Below are positions 9,513 through 18,567 of a stretch of DNA of 64,000 bases, piece after piece (within the stretch, counting starts at the first letter, position 1; each line of letters starts with the position of its first letter). Below the pieces are notes generated by a model. The model was not told the DNA's origin, made no database searches, and was given only the letters and a program-made list of their open reading frames with translations. Made by a program: the position numbers and the translations under genes. This DNA is from Minisyncoccia bacterium (GTDB lineage Bacteria; Patescibacteriota; Minisyncoccia; Phycocordibacterales; UBA918), in contig JBGSJJ010000005.1 in NCBI GenBank assembly GCA_041742075.1, positions 17,648 to 81,647 of the forward strand, read 5' to 3'.

Positions 9513-10745
9513 ATGCAAAAAGATATGAAATTTCCGGATGGATTTTACTGGGGGGCTGCGACTGCTTCATACCAAGTAGAAGGAGGGATAGAAAACACTG
9601 ACTGGGCAAAAGCTGCCAAAGAAGGTCGAGTGCCAGTGTGTGGCCGGGCGTGCGATCACTATAAACGCTATGAAGCAGACTTCGATATAGCGAAGAGTTT
9701 AGGACAGAATGCCCACCGCTTCTCACTAGAATGGGCTCGGATTGAACCTGAAGAAGGTAAATGGAATGAAGCTGAAGTGGAGCACTATCGTAAGGTCATT
9801 TTGGCACTGAAAGCACGTGGAATTAAGCCGTATGTAACCTTATGGCAATTTACCCAACCACTGTGGTTTTCGGAGTCGGGGGGATTTGAGCGAGCTGATT
9901 CGCCACAGGTATTTGCTCGCTACGCAAAATACGTTGCGGAAAAACTCGGCGCTGACCTGGTGGGGATTGCCACCATGAATGAACCAAATGTTTTTGGTAG
10001 TAATGGGTGGCTTCGTGGTTCTTGGCCGCCGTTTAAACGGTTTGCTTTGACTGACCTTATTTCAATTACGAACTCCGGTCGGACGTATGAGTCAAAAGCT
10101 AACAAAGGTCTCAAGCCGGTGTTTCTCTATTTTCGAGTAATGAAAAACTTAGCCCTTGCTCACAACGCCGCATCTAAAGCCATCAAAGCAGTGAATACAA
10201 CGATTGACGTCAGTGTAGTGCATCACGTGATTCGGTTTGATGCCAATTGGAATCCTTTCAATAAGCTAAAGGCGTGGGTCGCTAATTATTTTTGGACGTA
10301 TGTGTTTATGAATCGTGTCTATAAGCACTGTGACTCGATTGGTCTTAACTATTATCTCTACACTCAGTTTGGTGATACCCGTACGTGGCGCAAAACAGAC
10401 ATGGATTGGAACTTCGCGCCGGAGCATATTTATGACTGCCTGATGATGCTGAACCGCTATAAAAAGCCACTGTTTGTATCCGAAAGTGGTGTGGCTGACG
10501 CCAAAGATGTAATGCGCGCTGAATACATACTCGGTCAAGTAAAAGGTACCTGGCGGGCGATACAAGCTGGCGCTGATGTACGTGGACATATGTACTGGTC
10601 ACTCCTTGATAACTATGAGTGGGCACTTGGCTTTGAAAAACGTTTTGGACTAGTAGAAATTGACTACGAAACTCTCGAACGAAAAATTCGTCCTTCTGCA
10701 CAGGTCTACAAAAAAATCTGCGAGGACAATGGCATACTAGGTTAA
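9513..10745 (+). CDS. Glycoside hydrolase family 1 (beta-glucosidase-like)
   Basis: FYWGAATASYQVEG, RFSLEWARIEP, TMNEP, VSESG and WSLLDNYEW motifs. Confidence 0.93.
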   Translation: MQKDMKFPDGFYWGAATASYQVEGGIENTDWAKAAKEGRVPVCGRACDHYKRYEADFDIAKSLGQNAHRFSLEWARIEPEEGKWNEAEVEHYRKVILALKARGIKPYVTLWQFTQPLWFSESGGFERADSPQVFARYAKYVAEKLGADLVGIATMNEPNVFGSNGWLRGSWPPFKRFALTDLISITNSGRTYESKANKGLKPVFLYFRVMKNLALAHNAASKAIKAVNTTIDVSVVHHVIRFDANWNPFNKLKAWVANYFWTYVFMNRVYKHCDSIGLNYYLYTQFGDTRTWRKTDMDWNFAPEHIYDCLMMLNRYKKPLFVSESGVADAKDVMRAEYILGQVKGTWRAIQAGADVRGHMYWSLLDNYEWALGFEKRFGLVEIDYETLERKIRPSAQVYKKICEDNGILG

Positions 10746-10754
10746 TAAGAAAGT

Positions 10755-11693
10755 ATGGCTTGGCTTATTCTTGCAACCATCGGACAGTTTTTAAACGCGG
10801 TGGTTGCCATTTTAGATAAGTACATTGTTTCAGATAAAAACAATGAGGCACTTCTGCGTCCGTTTGTGTATGCTTTTTACTCCTGTCTTTTGACGGGAGC
10901 GTGGGTCGCTGTGTATTTGCTTGGTTTTATCCCATTTCCAGACACCTTCAATGTTCCGACCTATGAGAATGTAGAGCACCCCACATTAAACGTCCTGGCA
11001 CTGTCTATCTTGGCGGCTTATACGTTTTTTATGGCGCTTGTCTCGATGTATGACGCACTGAGGCAAGCTGATGCCTCTGATGTGATGCCAGTAATTGGCG
11101 CGGTGGCTGGATTAGCTTCATTTGGAATGAACTATTACTTTCTTGATGGCAGGTTGTCGCAAAACTTTATTATCGGAGTGGTGTTGCTTTCGTTTGGTAC
11201 GCTCTTGGTTTCGAGAACGCGTTTTGATTATCGGATAGCGCTCATTACGTTGCATAGTGGTATGTTTTTTGCGCTTCACTACATCACCATGAAAGGTCTT
11301 TTTACCGAAACAACCTTTGATAATGGTTTTTTCTGGTCACGCATGGCCTTTGTTGGTTTTGCTCTCTCACTTCTTATGGTTCCTGCGTATCTTGATAAAA
11401 TTAAAGATCAAACCAAATCGACTACCAAACGGTCAGGTGTACTGATTCTGTTTAACAAAATTTTGGCTGGTATAGCCGCGTTTCTCTTACTCAAAGCTAC
11501 CGATTGGGGTGACGTAACGGTGGTGCAGGCTCTTGATGGTCTTAAGTACGTATTTATTATTGTGCTCGGGCTTATTTTTATGCGGTGGTTGCCAAAAGGT
11601 GCCACAGATGAAATTTTTGATATAGGAATTATCATGCGCAAGGTAATGTATATTGTGCTTATTACGGGAGGCTTCGTGGTACTATTTATATAA
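10755..11693 (+). CDS. EamA/DMT-family membrane transporter
   Basis: About 10 TM segments; starts ILDKYIV; two-repeat DMT layout. Confidence 0.7.
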   Translation: MAWLILATIGQFLNAVVAILDKYIVSDKNNEALLRPFVYAFYSCLLTGAWVAVYLLGFIPFPDTFNVPTYENVEHPTLNVLALSILAAYTFFMALVSMYDALRQADASDVMPVIGAVAGLASFGMNYYFLDGRLSQNFIIGVVLLSFGTLLVSRTRFDYRIALITLHSGMFFALHYITMKGLFTETTFDNGFFWSRMAFVGFALSLLMVPAYLDKIKDQTKSTTKRSGVLILFNKILAGIAAFLLLKATDWGDVTVVQALDGLKYVFIIVLGLIFMRWLPKGATDEIFDIGIIMRKVMYIVLITGGFVVLFI

Positions 11694-11707
11694 AGTATCG
11701 TAAACCA

Positions 11708-12709
11708 ATGAATAGAAAACGTCTTAAAGTCAGCCTACTCGCCCTGTGCGCTACAGTAGTTTTTTTAGGAGCAGTCGTGCTCTTTTTAAGTAGCAAACCG
11801 GTTCCAGAGAAGATTACGTACGGCATGTCGTTTAACACTATGTATGCCCGTGAACTGGGTCTTGATTGGAAAGAAGTGTATGACGCTATTCTAAATGATC
11901 TTGGGGTGCGTCACCTAAGACTCGCGGCACACTGGCCAATGGTAGAACCTCAGAAAGACGTTTATAACTTTGAAGAACTTGATTATCAGCTTAAGCGAGC
12001 GGAAGAGGTAGGGGCGGAAGTAGTCTTTGCGGTAGGGAAGCGCCTACCGCGCTGGCCAGAGTGCCACGTGCCAGAGTGGGCTAAAGAGCTTAGTGTTGAA
12101 GAAGAGCAAAAAGAAGTTTTGAGCTTGATAGAGATGCTGATGACACGGTACAAGGACAGCCCGGCTATTACCTACTGGCAGATTGAAAACGAGCCCTACT
12201 TAGAAGTTTTTGCTCGTGAGCACTGTGATCCGCTTGATGAAAAATTCCTCGAAGCAGAAATCGCCTTGGTCCGCAGTCTGGATAGTAGTCGACCACTTCT
12301 TGTGACTGATAGTGGAAATCTTGGTACTTGGTCAGGCGCGTACCGTCACGGTGATGCCTTTGGAACGAGTGTGTATGTACATTTTTGGAATCCAGAGTTT
12401 GGGCAGTTCCGGACTATTCTCCCGCCTTGGTTTTATCGGTTTAAGGAGAGTCTCGTCACTCTCCGTTATGGTGAGAAAGAAACTATGCTTATAGAACTGT
12501 CGGCGGAACCCTGGTTAGTTGAGCCGGTCGTTGATGTGCCGATAGATGTTCAGTTTACCCGAATGGATATCGAAAAGTTTAACGACATTTTGGAGTATGC
12601 CGAAGATACACGGTATGAAAAGCAATATCTCTGGGGCGCAGAATGGTGGTATTGGCTTTTAAAGCGTGATCATTCTGAATTATGGAATCGAGGTAAAGAA
12701 CTTTTTTAA
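11708..12709 (+). CDS. Membrane-anchored clan GH-A glycoside hydrolase (GH42/GH5-like)
   Basis: N-terminal TM; W..VEP..DVYNFEELD, WQIENEP (acid/base) and IELSAEPW (nucleophile region). Confidence 0.75.
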   Translation: MNRKRLKVSLLALCATVVFLGAVVLFLSSKPVPEKITYGMSFNTMYARELGLDWKEVYDAILNDLGVRHLRLAAHWPMVEPQKDVYNFEELDYQLKRAEEVGAEVVFAVGKRLPRWPECHVPEWAKELSVEEEQKEVLSLIEMLMTRYKDSPAITYWQIENEPYLEVFAREHCDPLDEKFLEAEIALVRSLDSSRPLLVTDSGNLGTWSGAYRHGDAFGTSVYVHFWNPEFGQFRTILPPWFYRFKESLVTLRYGEKETMLIELSAEPWLVEPVVDVPIDVQFTRMDIEKFNDILEYAEDTRYEKQYLWGAEWWYWLLKRDHSELWNRGKELF

Positions 12710-12785
12710 GTTTACACAGTCTATATGAATCAAACGACCGTTTTTAGAACAAATTACGGTACACTAGTGGAGATACGTGTGTAGT

Positions 12786-12956
12786 ATGAAATTTATTCAA
12801 TTCATCTTTGGTTTTTTGTTTGAACGGAATTGGCATACCGGCGACCTTGAGTTATCGAGGCCCAGAGTGGCACTTTTTTCAGCCATGCTCTTTTTGATAC
12901 TACTGGGGATTTTTATTGTTAGCATTTTACAAGCACCAGTTGAGTACGTAGCGTAG
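12786..12956 (+). CDS. Small membrane protein, 56 aa (MKFIQFIFGFLFERNWHTG...), below the ORF-track cutoff
   Basis: ATG to TAG in frame, one hydrophobic helix, fills an otherwise empty gap. Confidence 0.6.
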   Translation: MKFIQFIFGFLFERNWHTGDLELSRPRVALFSAMLFLILLGIFIVSILQAPVEYVA

Positions 12957-12964
12957 TAATCACT

Positions 12965-13093
12965 ATGCGAGACGTTTTGATATATCTCGTTTTAGTCACA
13001 CTCCTTCTTTTGGGCTCACTGATTGCCGTTTACTATGTGTGGAACACACTCCAGTCACAAAAAGAGACTGAAACAACACTCCTCTCTGTCTAA
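12965..13093 (+). CDS. Small membrane protein, 42 aa (MRDVLIYLVLVTLLLLGS...)
   Basis: ATG 8 nt after the previous stop; single TM helix. Confidence 0.5.
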   Translation: MRDVLIYLVLVTLLLLGSLIAVYYVWNTLQSQKETETTLLSV

Positions 13094-13154
13094 AAGACAA
13101 CCATGAGCAAAAAGCTGAAGAAAGTAGACAAAGTCAAAAAAATAGAGTATAATA

Positions 13155-14273
13155 GTGGCTATGCGAGGTAGATTACTTATAGCAACCATGCTATTTTTCA
13201 GCGCTTTTCCAGGCACTGTGTTTGCTGATACAGTACTTCGAACCGGTACCGACATTAGCGTGGCTCAAGATCAGGTTATAGACGGCAATTACTATGTATC
13301 GGTTTTCTTTGGAGAAACCGCTATGTCAGGAGCGGTCGGAGGCGACATGCTCGCCCTTGGTGGTACAGTCACTATGAACGGTGAAGTGAAGAAGGATTTA
13401 CTTGTGACAGGCGGGTCTGTACAAGTGCATGGTCCGGTAGGTGAAGATATTCGTATTTTAGGTGGAGAGGTCACCATTGCTGATAAAGTCGCGGGTGACT
13501 TATTTGTGTTTGGCGGGGCACTCAGGGTTTTGCCGAGTGCTGAAATTGGCGGAGACGTATTCTTTTTTGGTGGCACAGCTGAGATAGAAGGTACGGTAAC
13601 TGGTTCAGTCTATGGAAATGCCGAACAGTTCAATATAAATGCTCCAGTTGGAAAAAATATTGATGTTAGTTCAGTACTTGGCGTTACGCTAGGTGCACGG
13701 GCTTTGGTAGGAGGAGATGTTCGTTACACAAGCGCCAGTGAACTGGTGCGAGACACAAATGCAATGGTAACGGGTACTGTGGTAAAAAATACCCAGGAAG
13801 AAGTAACAGCAAAAGAAAAACTAAAGTCCACTCTCATACCATTTTTGATACTTCTTTTCACAACCTTGTCACTTTATCTCATTTTTAAACGAGAAGTTGA
13901 ATCATTGGTTGTACAAGTTACTAACTCATATTTGGTGAGTGGTTTTGTTGGCTTGGGGGTTATTGTGTTCGGACCGCTGATTTCAGTATTACTTATGGTG
14001 ACCGTACTTGGTTTTATGGTTGGATTACTCGGGATGTTTGTCGTGTTGGCAGTTATAGTGGCTGGAGTGGCGTTTGCTTCACTGGTTATGGGAGGAATAC
14101 TCTCACTTCTGTTTGTAAAGCGAGTTGAGGTGTCACTCATCTGGATTGTCCTTGGTAGTGCGGTTTTGTATACGTGTCTCTTCATCCCAGTGTTTGGTGC
14201 AGTTTTGTATCTTTCAGTTTGTGTTATCACTATCGGTGGCTTGGTTACACTACTCTATAAGTCGATAGCCTAA
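13155..14273 (+). CDS. Bactofilin-like (polymer-forming) beta-helix protein with C-terminal multi-TM domain
   Basis: Signal peptide; repeated GD(L/V)xxxGGxVxxxGxV units; 4-5 C-terminal TMs. Confidence 0.78.
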   Translation: MAMRGRLLIATMLFFSAFPGTVFADTVLRTGTDISVAQDQVIDGNYYVSVFFGETAMSGAVGGDMLALGGTVTMNGEVKKDLLVTGGSVQVHGPVGEDIRILGGEVTIADKVAGDLFVFGGALRVLPSAEIGGDVFFFGGTAEIEGTVTGSVYGNAEQFNINAPVGKNIDVSSVLGVTLGARALVGGDVRYTSASELVRDTNAMVTGTVVKNTQEEVTAKEKLKSTLIPFLILLFTTLSLYLIFKREVESLVVQVTNSYLVSGFVGLGVIVFGPLISVLLMVTVLGFMVGLLGMFVVLAVIVAGVAFASLVMGGILSLLFVKRVEVSLIWIVLGSAVLYTCLFIPVFGAVLYLSVCVITIGGLVTLLYKSIA

Positions 14274-14368
14274 AGGTTGTACTGTGCTCTCTAGTTTTTT
14301 AGTGCGCCACTTTGTGGTGCGTTTTGTCAATGTAACCACTAAAGGCAAAATGATATACTACAGAATAC

Positions 14369-15220
14369 ATGGATGTTATAAAAGCAGTTTTGTTTGATTT
14401 ACTCCACTTTGCCTTCGCCGGTTTGCTTAATCGAAATGTAACACCAGCACCGGTTGCAAAACCATTGGCGCTTCCACTACAAGCTAGCCATCTCTCACTC
14501 CTGGCCCCGGCCCATGTGCCTACAAAGAGCGTACCAAAAAAACACGTAGCAGTAGAACCAACCCAACCAACCCAACTTTTTTCAGTCAGAGAATTCGTCA
14601 GTGTAGACGAAGCAAAAATGTATATTCACCCGACGGTGACGTTTGATGGACTCGTAGCTATTTTAAATTACGGAACAGCAGTTACCGTTCTTCACCATGA
14701 AGGCCGGTGGACATCGATTACTACCGAAAGTTTATCTGGGTGGGTACTCAAAGATTCGCTCACGAGTGATTATCCATCACTCGTACCGTTGTTTTCGTTT
14801 GGTGCCTGCTACCCGAGTGATGCTCCTGAGACAAAAAAATTACGACTATTTATTAAAGACGAGTTCGGCGCTGGAAAACTCTCGCTTCCACTTATGTCGC
14901 CAGAATACGTCACCTATCGACTGGCTCTTAAAAATATACGTTTTGCCTGGAATAACGTCCGGCCGAGAGTGGCTGGAGAATGGCAGAGATTACTGAAAGG
15001 CACACCCGGTATACATAGTGGCATTTTGCCTAAGACCGGTTCGGTTATGGAATATCTAACAGAAATGGGTGGCCAGCTCGCTTACGTAGAGGCGGTTTTT
15101 CCTGATGAAACCATCCGGGTGTCACTGATTCGTGAAGATGATGAATCACGCTATATCGAGCAAGTGTATACTAAGGAAGAATGGAAGGAGCTTGGACCGG
15201 TTTTTATTGAAGTTGCGTAA
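14369..15220 (+). CDS. SH3b domain plus degenerate CHAP-like domain protein
   Basis: LNYGTAVTVL..GRW..I...GWV (SH3b); AGEW..PKTGSV..GQLAYVEAVFPDETIRVS (CHAP fold lacking the Cys/His pair). Confidence 0.62.
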   Translation: MDVIKAVLFDLLHFAFAGLLNRNVTPAPVAKPLALPLQASHLSLLAPAHVPTKSVPKKHVAVEPTQPTQLFSVREFVSVDEAKMYIHPTVTFDGLVAILNYGTAVTVLHHEGRWTSITTESLSGWVLKDSLTSDYPSLVPLFSFGACYPSDAPETKKLRLFIKDEFGAGKLSLPLMSPEYVTYRLALKNIRFAWNNVRPRVAGEWQRLLKGTPGIHSGILPKTGSVMEYLTEMGGQLAYVEAVFPDETIRVSLIREDDESRYIEQVYTKEEWKELGPVFIEVA

Positions 15221-15247
15221 GGCACTTCGTTTTGCTATATTCAGGGT

Positions 15248-15445
15248 AGAAGTATGGAGCATTCGGTATGCTCTGTGGTGGCGGCAGTACTTAAGCTCCT
15301 GCTTCACAACAGAGGTGTGTGAAGGTGTTTTAGCCTCAATGCTTCTGCGGCGGCGGGCCCGGCCCGTGCAGTCGACTGGGGGGCGGTCTTAGACGATCGC
15401 TCCCCAGGTTTCCGGTCCGACACAGCTTGTGTTCGGACCTTTTTT
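15248..15445 (+). ncRNA. Candidate structured RNA or cis-leader of unknown family, about 200 nt
   Basis: TG-extended -10 (TGCTATATT, 15233-15241); GC-rich multi-hairpin region including a 13-bp stem at 15376-15407; terminator hairpin 15414-15439 followed by T6. Confidence 0.6.
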
Positions 15446-15460
15446 CTATATGATGTTTGT

Positions 15461-16147
15461 ATGAAACCAGTGGCTTTTTTCGATATTGATGGAACGGTTT
15501 TTCGCTCAAGCCTCTTGATTGAGCTTGTTGAGCAACTCGTGAAAGAAGAGGTGTTTCCACCAGAAGCGCGAGATGAGTACGCGACTGCGTATACGGCGTG
15601 GCGCGATCGTGAGGGTACGTATGATGAGTACATAGAGGCGGTTATAAAGACCTACTTAAAACACATCAAAGGCGTGCACTATGGCGTCTTCGCTGATATC
15701 GGAAAGCGTGTGGTGGCGGTTCAGAGTAAACATGTGTATCGGTATACGCGCGATCTTATCAAGGAGCTCAAAGACGAAGGGTATTATTTAATCGCTATCT
15801 CTCAATCGCCAAAAACGGTACTTGATGAATTTTGTCGGCAGTATGGTTTTGATAAGGTCTATGGACGTATCTATGAACTAGGTCCACAAGACCGCTTTAC
15901 GGGAATCGTCAGTGAAGAGCACTTGATTCAAAACAAGGCAAATATTGTGAAAAGGGTATTTGAACGAAATCAAAATCTAACCCCACTCGGTTCGCTTGCC
16001 GTTGGTGATACCGAAGGGGACATTCCGCTTTTGGAAGCTGTAGAGCGACCAATTTGTTTTAATCCAAACCAAGCTCTTTATACTCACGCGACGTGGCGGA
16101 ATTGGAAAGTTGTGGTTGAACGCAAGGATGTCATTTATACGCTATAA
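15461..16147 (+). CDS. HAD-IB family hydrolase (SerB-like)
   Basis: AFFDIDGT, ISQSP, K and VGDTEGD motifs. Confidence 0.88.
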   Translation: MKPVAFFDIDGTVFRSSLLIELVEQLVKEEVFPPEARDEYATAYTAWRDREGTYDEYIEAVIKTYLKHIKGVHYGVFADIGKRVVAVQSKHVYRYTRDLIKELKDEGYYLIAISQSPKTVLDEFCRQYGFDKVYGRIYELGPQDRFTGIVSEEHLIQNKANIVKRVFERNQNLTPLGSLAVGDTEGDIPLLEAVERPICFNPNQALYTHATWRNWKVVVERKDVIYTL

Positions 16148-16155
16148 TACCTTTT

Positions 16156-16380
16156 ATGAATAAGAAATTTTACCGGAGTAAAAAGGAAAGAATAGTTGCT
16201 GGAGTAATCGGAGGTCTCGCAACTTATTTTAATCAGAATGTACTACTGTGGCGTCTCGGGTCTCTTTTTGTCGCTCTCGCAACGGGAGTTTTTCCGGCTG
16301 TTATTGTGTATCTTGTGGCTTGGTATTATGTACCGGAGGAGAGTCTTGCGTCAGCTGACACCGTGATACATGACGTGTAG
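16156..16380 (+). CDS. PspC domain protein
   Basis: YRSKKERIVAGVIGGLATYF..YLVAWYYVPE. Confidence 0.88.
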   Translation: MNKKFYRSKKERIVAGVIGGLATYFNQNVLLWRLGSLFVALATGVFPAVIVYLVAWYYVPEESLASADTVIHDV

Positions 16381-16388
16381 CGTACGGT

Positions 16389-17756
16389 ATGGTGGATGTA
16401 CGGAGAATACGCACGAGGAATGAACTGTCAGCTCAAAATGGGCCGGTTGCTTACTGGATGCAACGTGACCAGCGCGTAGAAGACAACTGGGCATTACTGT
16501 ATGCGCAAGAGTGCGCCTTAGCCCAAAAACAACCACTCATAGTGGTGTTTAACCTAGTGCCGGTGTTTGGAAAAACAACCGTTCGTCACTATGACTTTAT
16601 GTTTAAGGGCTTGGCTGAGGTGCAAGAAAAATTGAGTACGCTCGGTATACCGTTTGTACTTTTAGAAGGTGTACCGACGGAAACAATTCCTTTGTTTATT
16701 AAGAAGTATGGTGTCGGTCACGTTGTAACTGACTTTAACCCACTCACGTTTACCGACCTGTGGCGGACTAAGGTAGGAGACCTGCTTGAAGTAGCTCTCA
16801 CTGAAGTAGACGCTCATAACATCGTGCCAGCCTGGCACGTCAGCCAAAAGACCGAGTTTGGAGCCTATACGTTACGTCCGAAGATTCATCGTCTGCTACC
16901 TGAATTTTTAGTAGCTATTCCGCCTGTCAAAAAACATCCATATCCGTTTTTGAAGTCGCAAAAAAGAGTAGATTTTGAAAAGTTACTTACTACGGTAAAA
17001 ACAGATCGAACTGTTCTACGAGTTACCTGGCTAACTCCTGGCAGTAAGGCTGGTTTACGTGTACTTAAGGAATTTGGTGAAGGTAAAGGCGAAGACTATG
17101 CTAGTCGTCGTAACGACCCTAACAATGAGGCGCTCTCTAATCTGTCCCCGTATGTACACTTTGGACAAGTTGGCGCTCAAAGAATAGCCTTTACTATAAA
17201 GAATAGTAGCTTACCAAAGGCCGATCGTGATGCCTTTCTTGAGGAGTTGATTGTACGTCGAGAACTGGCAGATAATTATTGCCTATACACCAAAAACTAC
17301 GATAAGGTGGAAGGTGCTCCGGCGTGGGTTCAAAAAACCATTGCTGAGCACGTACACGATGCTCGAGACCATATCTATACCAAGCGAGAGTTTGAACGGG
17401 CTGAAACCAATGATGAACTTTGGAACGCTGCCCAATTAGAGATGGTAAAAACCGGAAAAATGCACGGCTTTATGCGGATGTATTGGGCGAAGAAAATTCT
17501 TGAGTGGACGCCAGACGTACAAACTGCCATTGATATTGGACTGTACTTAAATGACAAATATGAACTTGATGGTACTGATCCAAATGGTGTGGTGGGTGTG
17601 ATGTGGTCAATGTGCGGGGTCCATGATCGTGCCTGGTTTGAAAGACCAGTGTTTGGCAAGATTCGCTATATGAACTATAACGGGTGTAAACGAAAATTCG
17701 ACATAAAAAAATATATCTTAACGCACGCCAGCTCAGCGTCATTATTTAATGAATAA
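16389..17756 (+). CDS. phrB: Class II CPD photolyase
   Basis: YWMQRDQRVEDNWAL, SNLSPYVHFGQ, RRELADNY, GKMHGFMRMYWAKKILEW and HDRAW motifs. Confidence 0.93.
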   Translation: MVDVRRIRTRNELSAQNGPVAYWMQRDQRVEDNWALLYAQECALAQKQPLIVVFNLVPVFGKTTVRHYDFMFKGLAEVQEKLSTLGIPFVLLEGVPTETIPLFIKKYGVGHVVTDFNPLTFTDLWRTKVGDLLEVALTEVDAHNIVPAWHVSQKTEFGAYTLRPKIHRLLPEFLVAIPPVKKHPYPFLKSQKRVDFEKLLTTVKTDRTVLRVTWLTPGSKAGLRVLKEFGEGKGEDYASRRNDPNNEALSNLSPYVHFGQVGAQRIAFTIKNSSLPKADRDAFLEELIVRRELADNYCLYTKNYDKVEGAPAWVQKTIAEHVHDARDHIYTKREFERAETNDELWNAAQLEMVKTGKMHGFMRMYWAKKILEWTPDVQTAIDIGLYLNDKYELDGTDPNGVVGVMWSMCGVHDRAWFERPVFGKIRYMNYNGCKRKFDIKKYILTHASSASLFNE

Positions 17757-18567
17757 ATCAGAACAAAAGTTTATTGCTATAGTCTGGGAGTACTACAAGA
17801 AACACAAACGACATACGTTACCCTGGCGAAAGACAAATGATCCATACCTCATTATGGTATCGGAAATCATGCTTCAGCAAACACAGGTTGATCGCGTCAT
17901 ACCAAAGTACGAGGTTTTTATTAAAACATTTCCGACTATAAAAAGCCTAGCCAAGGCACCTTTGGCCTCGGTCTTAAGCCTCTGGCAAGGCTTAGGGTAT
18001 AACCGACGCGCCAAGATGCTTCACGAGTGCGCTAAAGCGGTCACGAAGGCAGGAGGTAGCTTTCCGAGAACTAAAGAAGCCCTCCTTGCCTTACCAGGTA
18101 TCGGTGCGTACACGGCCGGGGCGATTCTAGCCTTTGCCTATAATGAACCCACACCAATTATTGAAACAAATATTCGGACAGTGTATTTGCACCATTTTTT
18201 CAAGGATAGAACTGATGTTTCTGATAAAGAACTATTTACAGTAATTCAAACAACACTTGATACAAATCGTCCAAGAGAATGGTACTACGCACTGATGGAC
18301 TATGGGGCGTACCTTAAGAAAACTGTTGGTGTAAAAAATAATCAAAGCAAACACTACACGAAGCAGTCTACGTTTAAAGATAGCGATCGGCAGATTAGGG
18401 GAGCGATTATTCGTGCTCTCGTAGAAAAAAGGAATCACCTTACACGAGCCGAACTTCATGCTCTACTAGGACAATTTATTGACATTCGCATTGACAGCCA
18501 GCTTCAAAGTCTAACAAATGAAGGATTGATAAGCTTAGTTAAGGGGAGGTACACACTACCTACTTAG
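17749..18567 (+). CDS. mutY: A/G-specific adenine glycosylase, short form without an Fe-S cluster
   Basis: LPWR, VSEIMLQQTQV, WQGLGYNRRA and LPGIGAYTAGAI motifs; no 4-Cys motif. Confidence 0.85.
   Translation: MNKSEQKFIAIVWEYYKKHKRHTLPWRKTNDPYLIMVSEIMLQQTQVDRVIPKYEVFIKTFPTIKSLAKAPLASVLSLWQGLGYNRRAKMLHECAKAVTKAGGSFPRTKEALLALPGIGAYTAGAILAFAYNEPTPIIETNIRTVYLHHFFKDRTDVSDKELFTVIQTTLDTNRPREWYYALMDYGAYLKKTVGVKNNQSKHYTKQSTFKDSDRQIRGAIIRALVEKRNHLTRAELHALLGQFIDIRIDSQLQSLTNEGLISLVKGRYTLPT

Noticed and set aside
15248-15445. Assignment as SRP RNA, RNase P RNA, tmRNA or ykkC riboswitch
   Set aside because: The signature sequences of each family are absent; kept as an unassigned candidate
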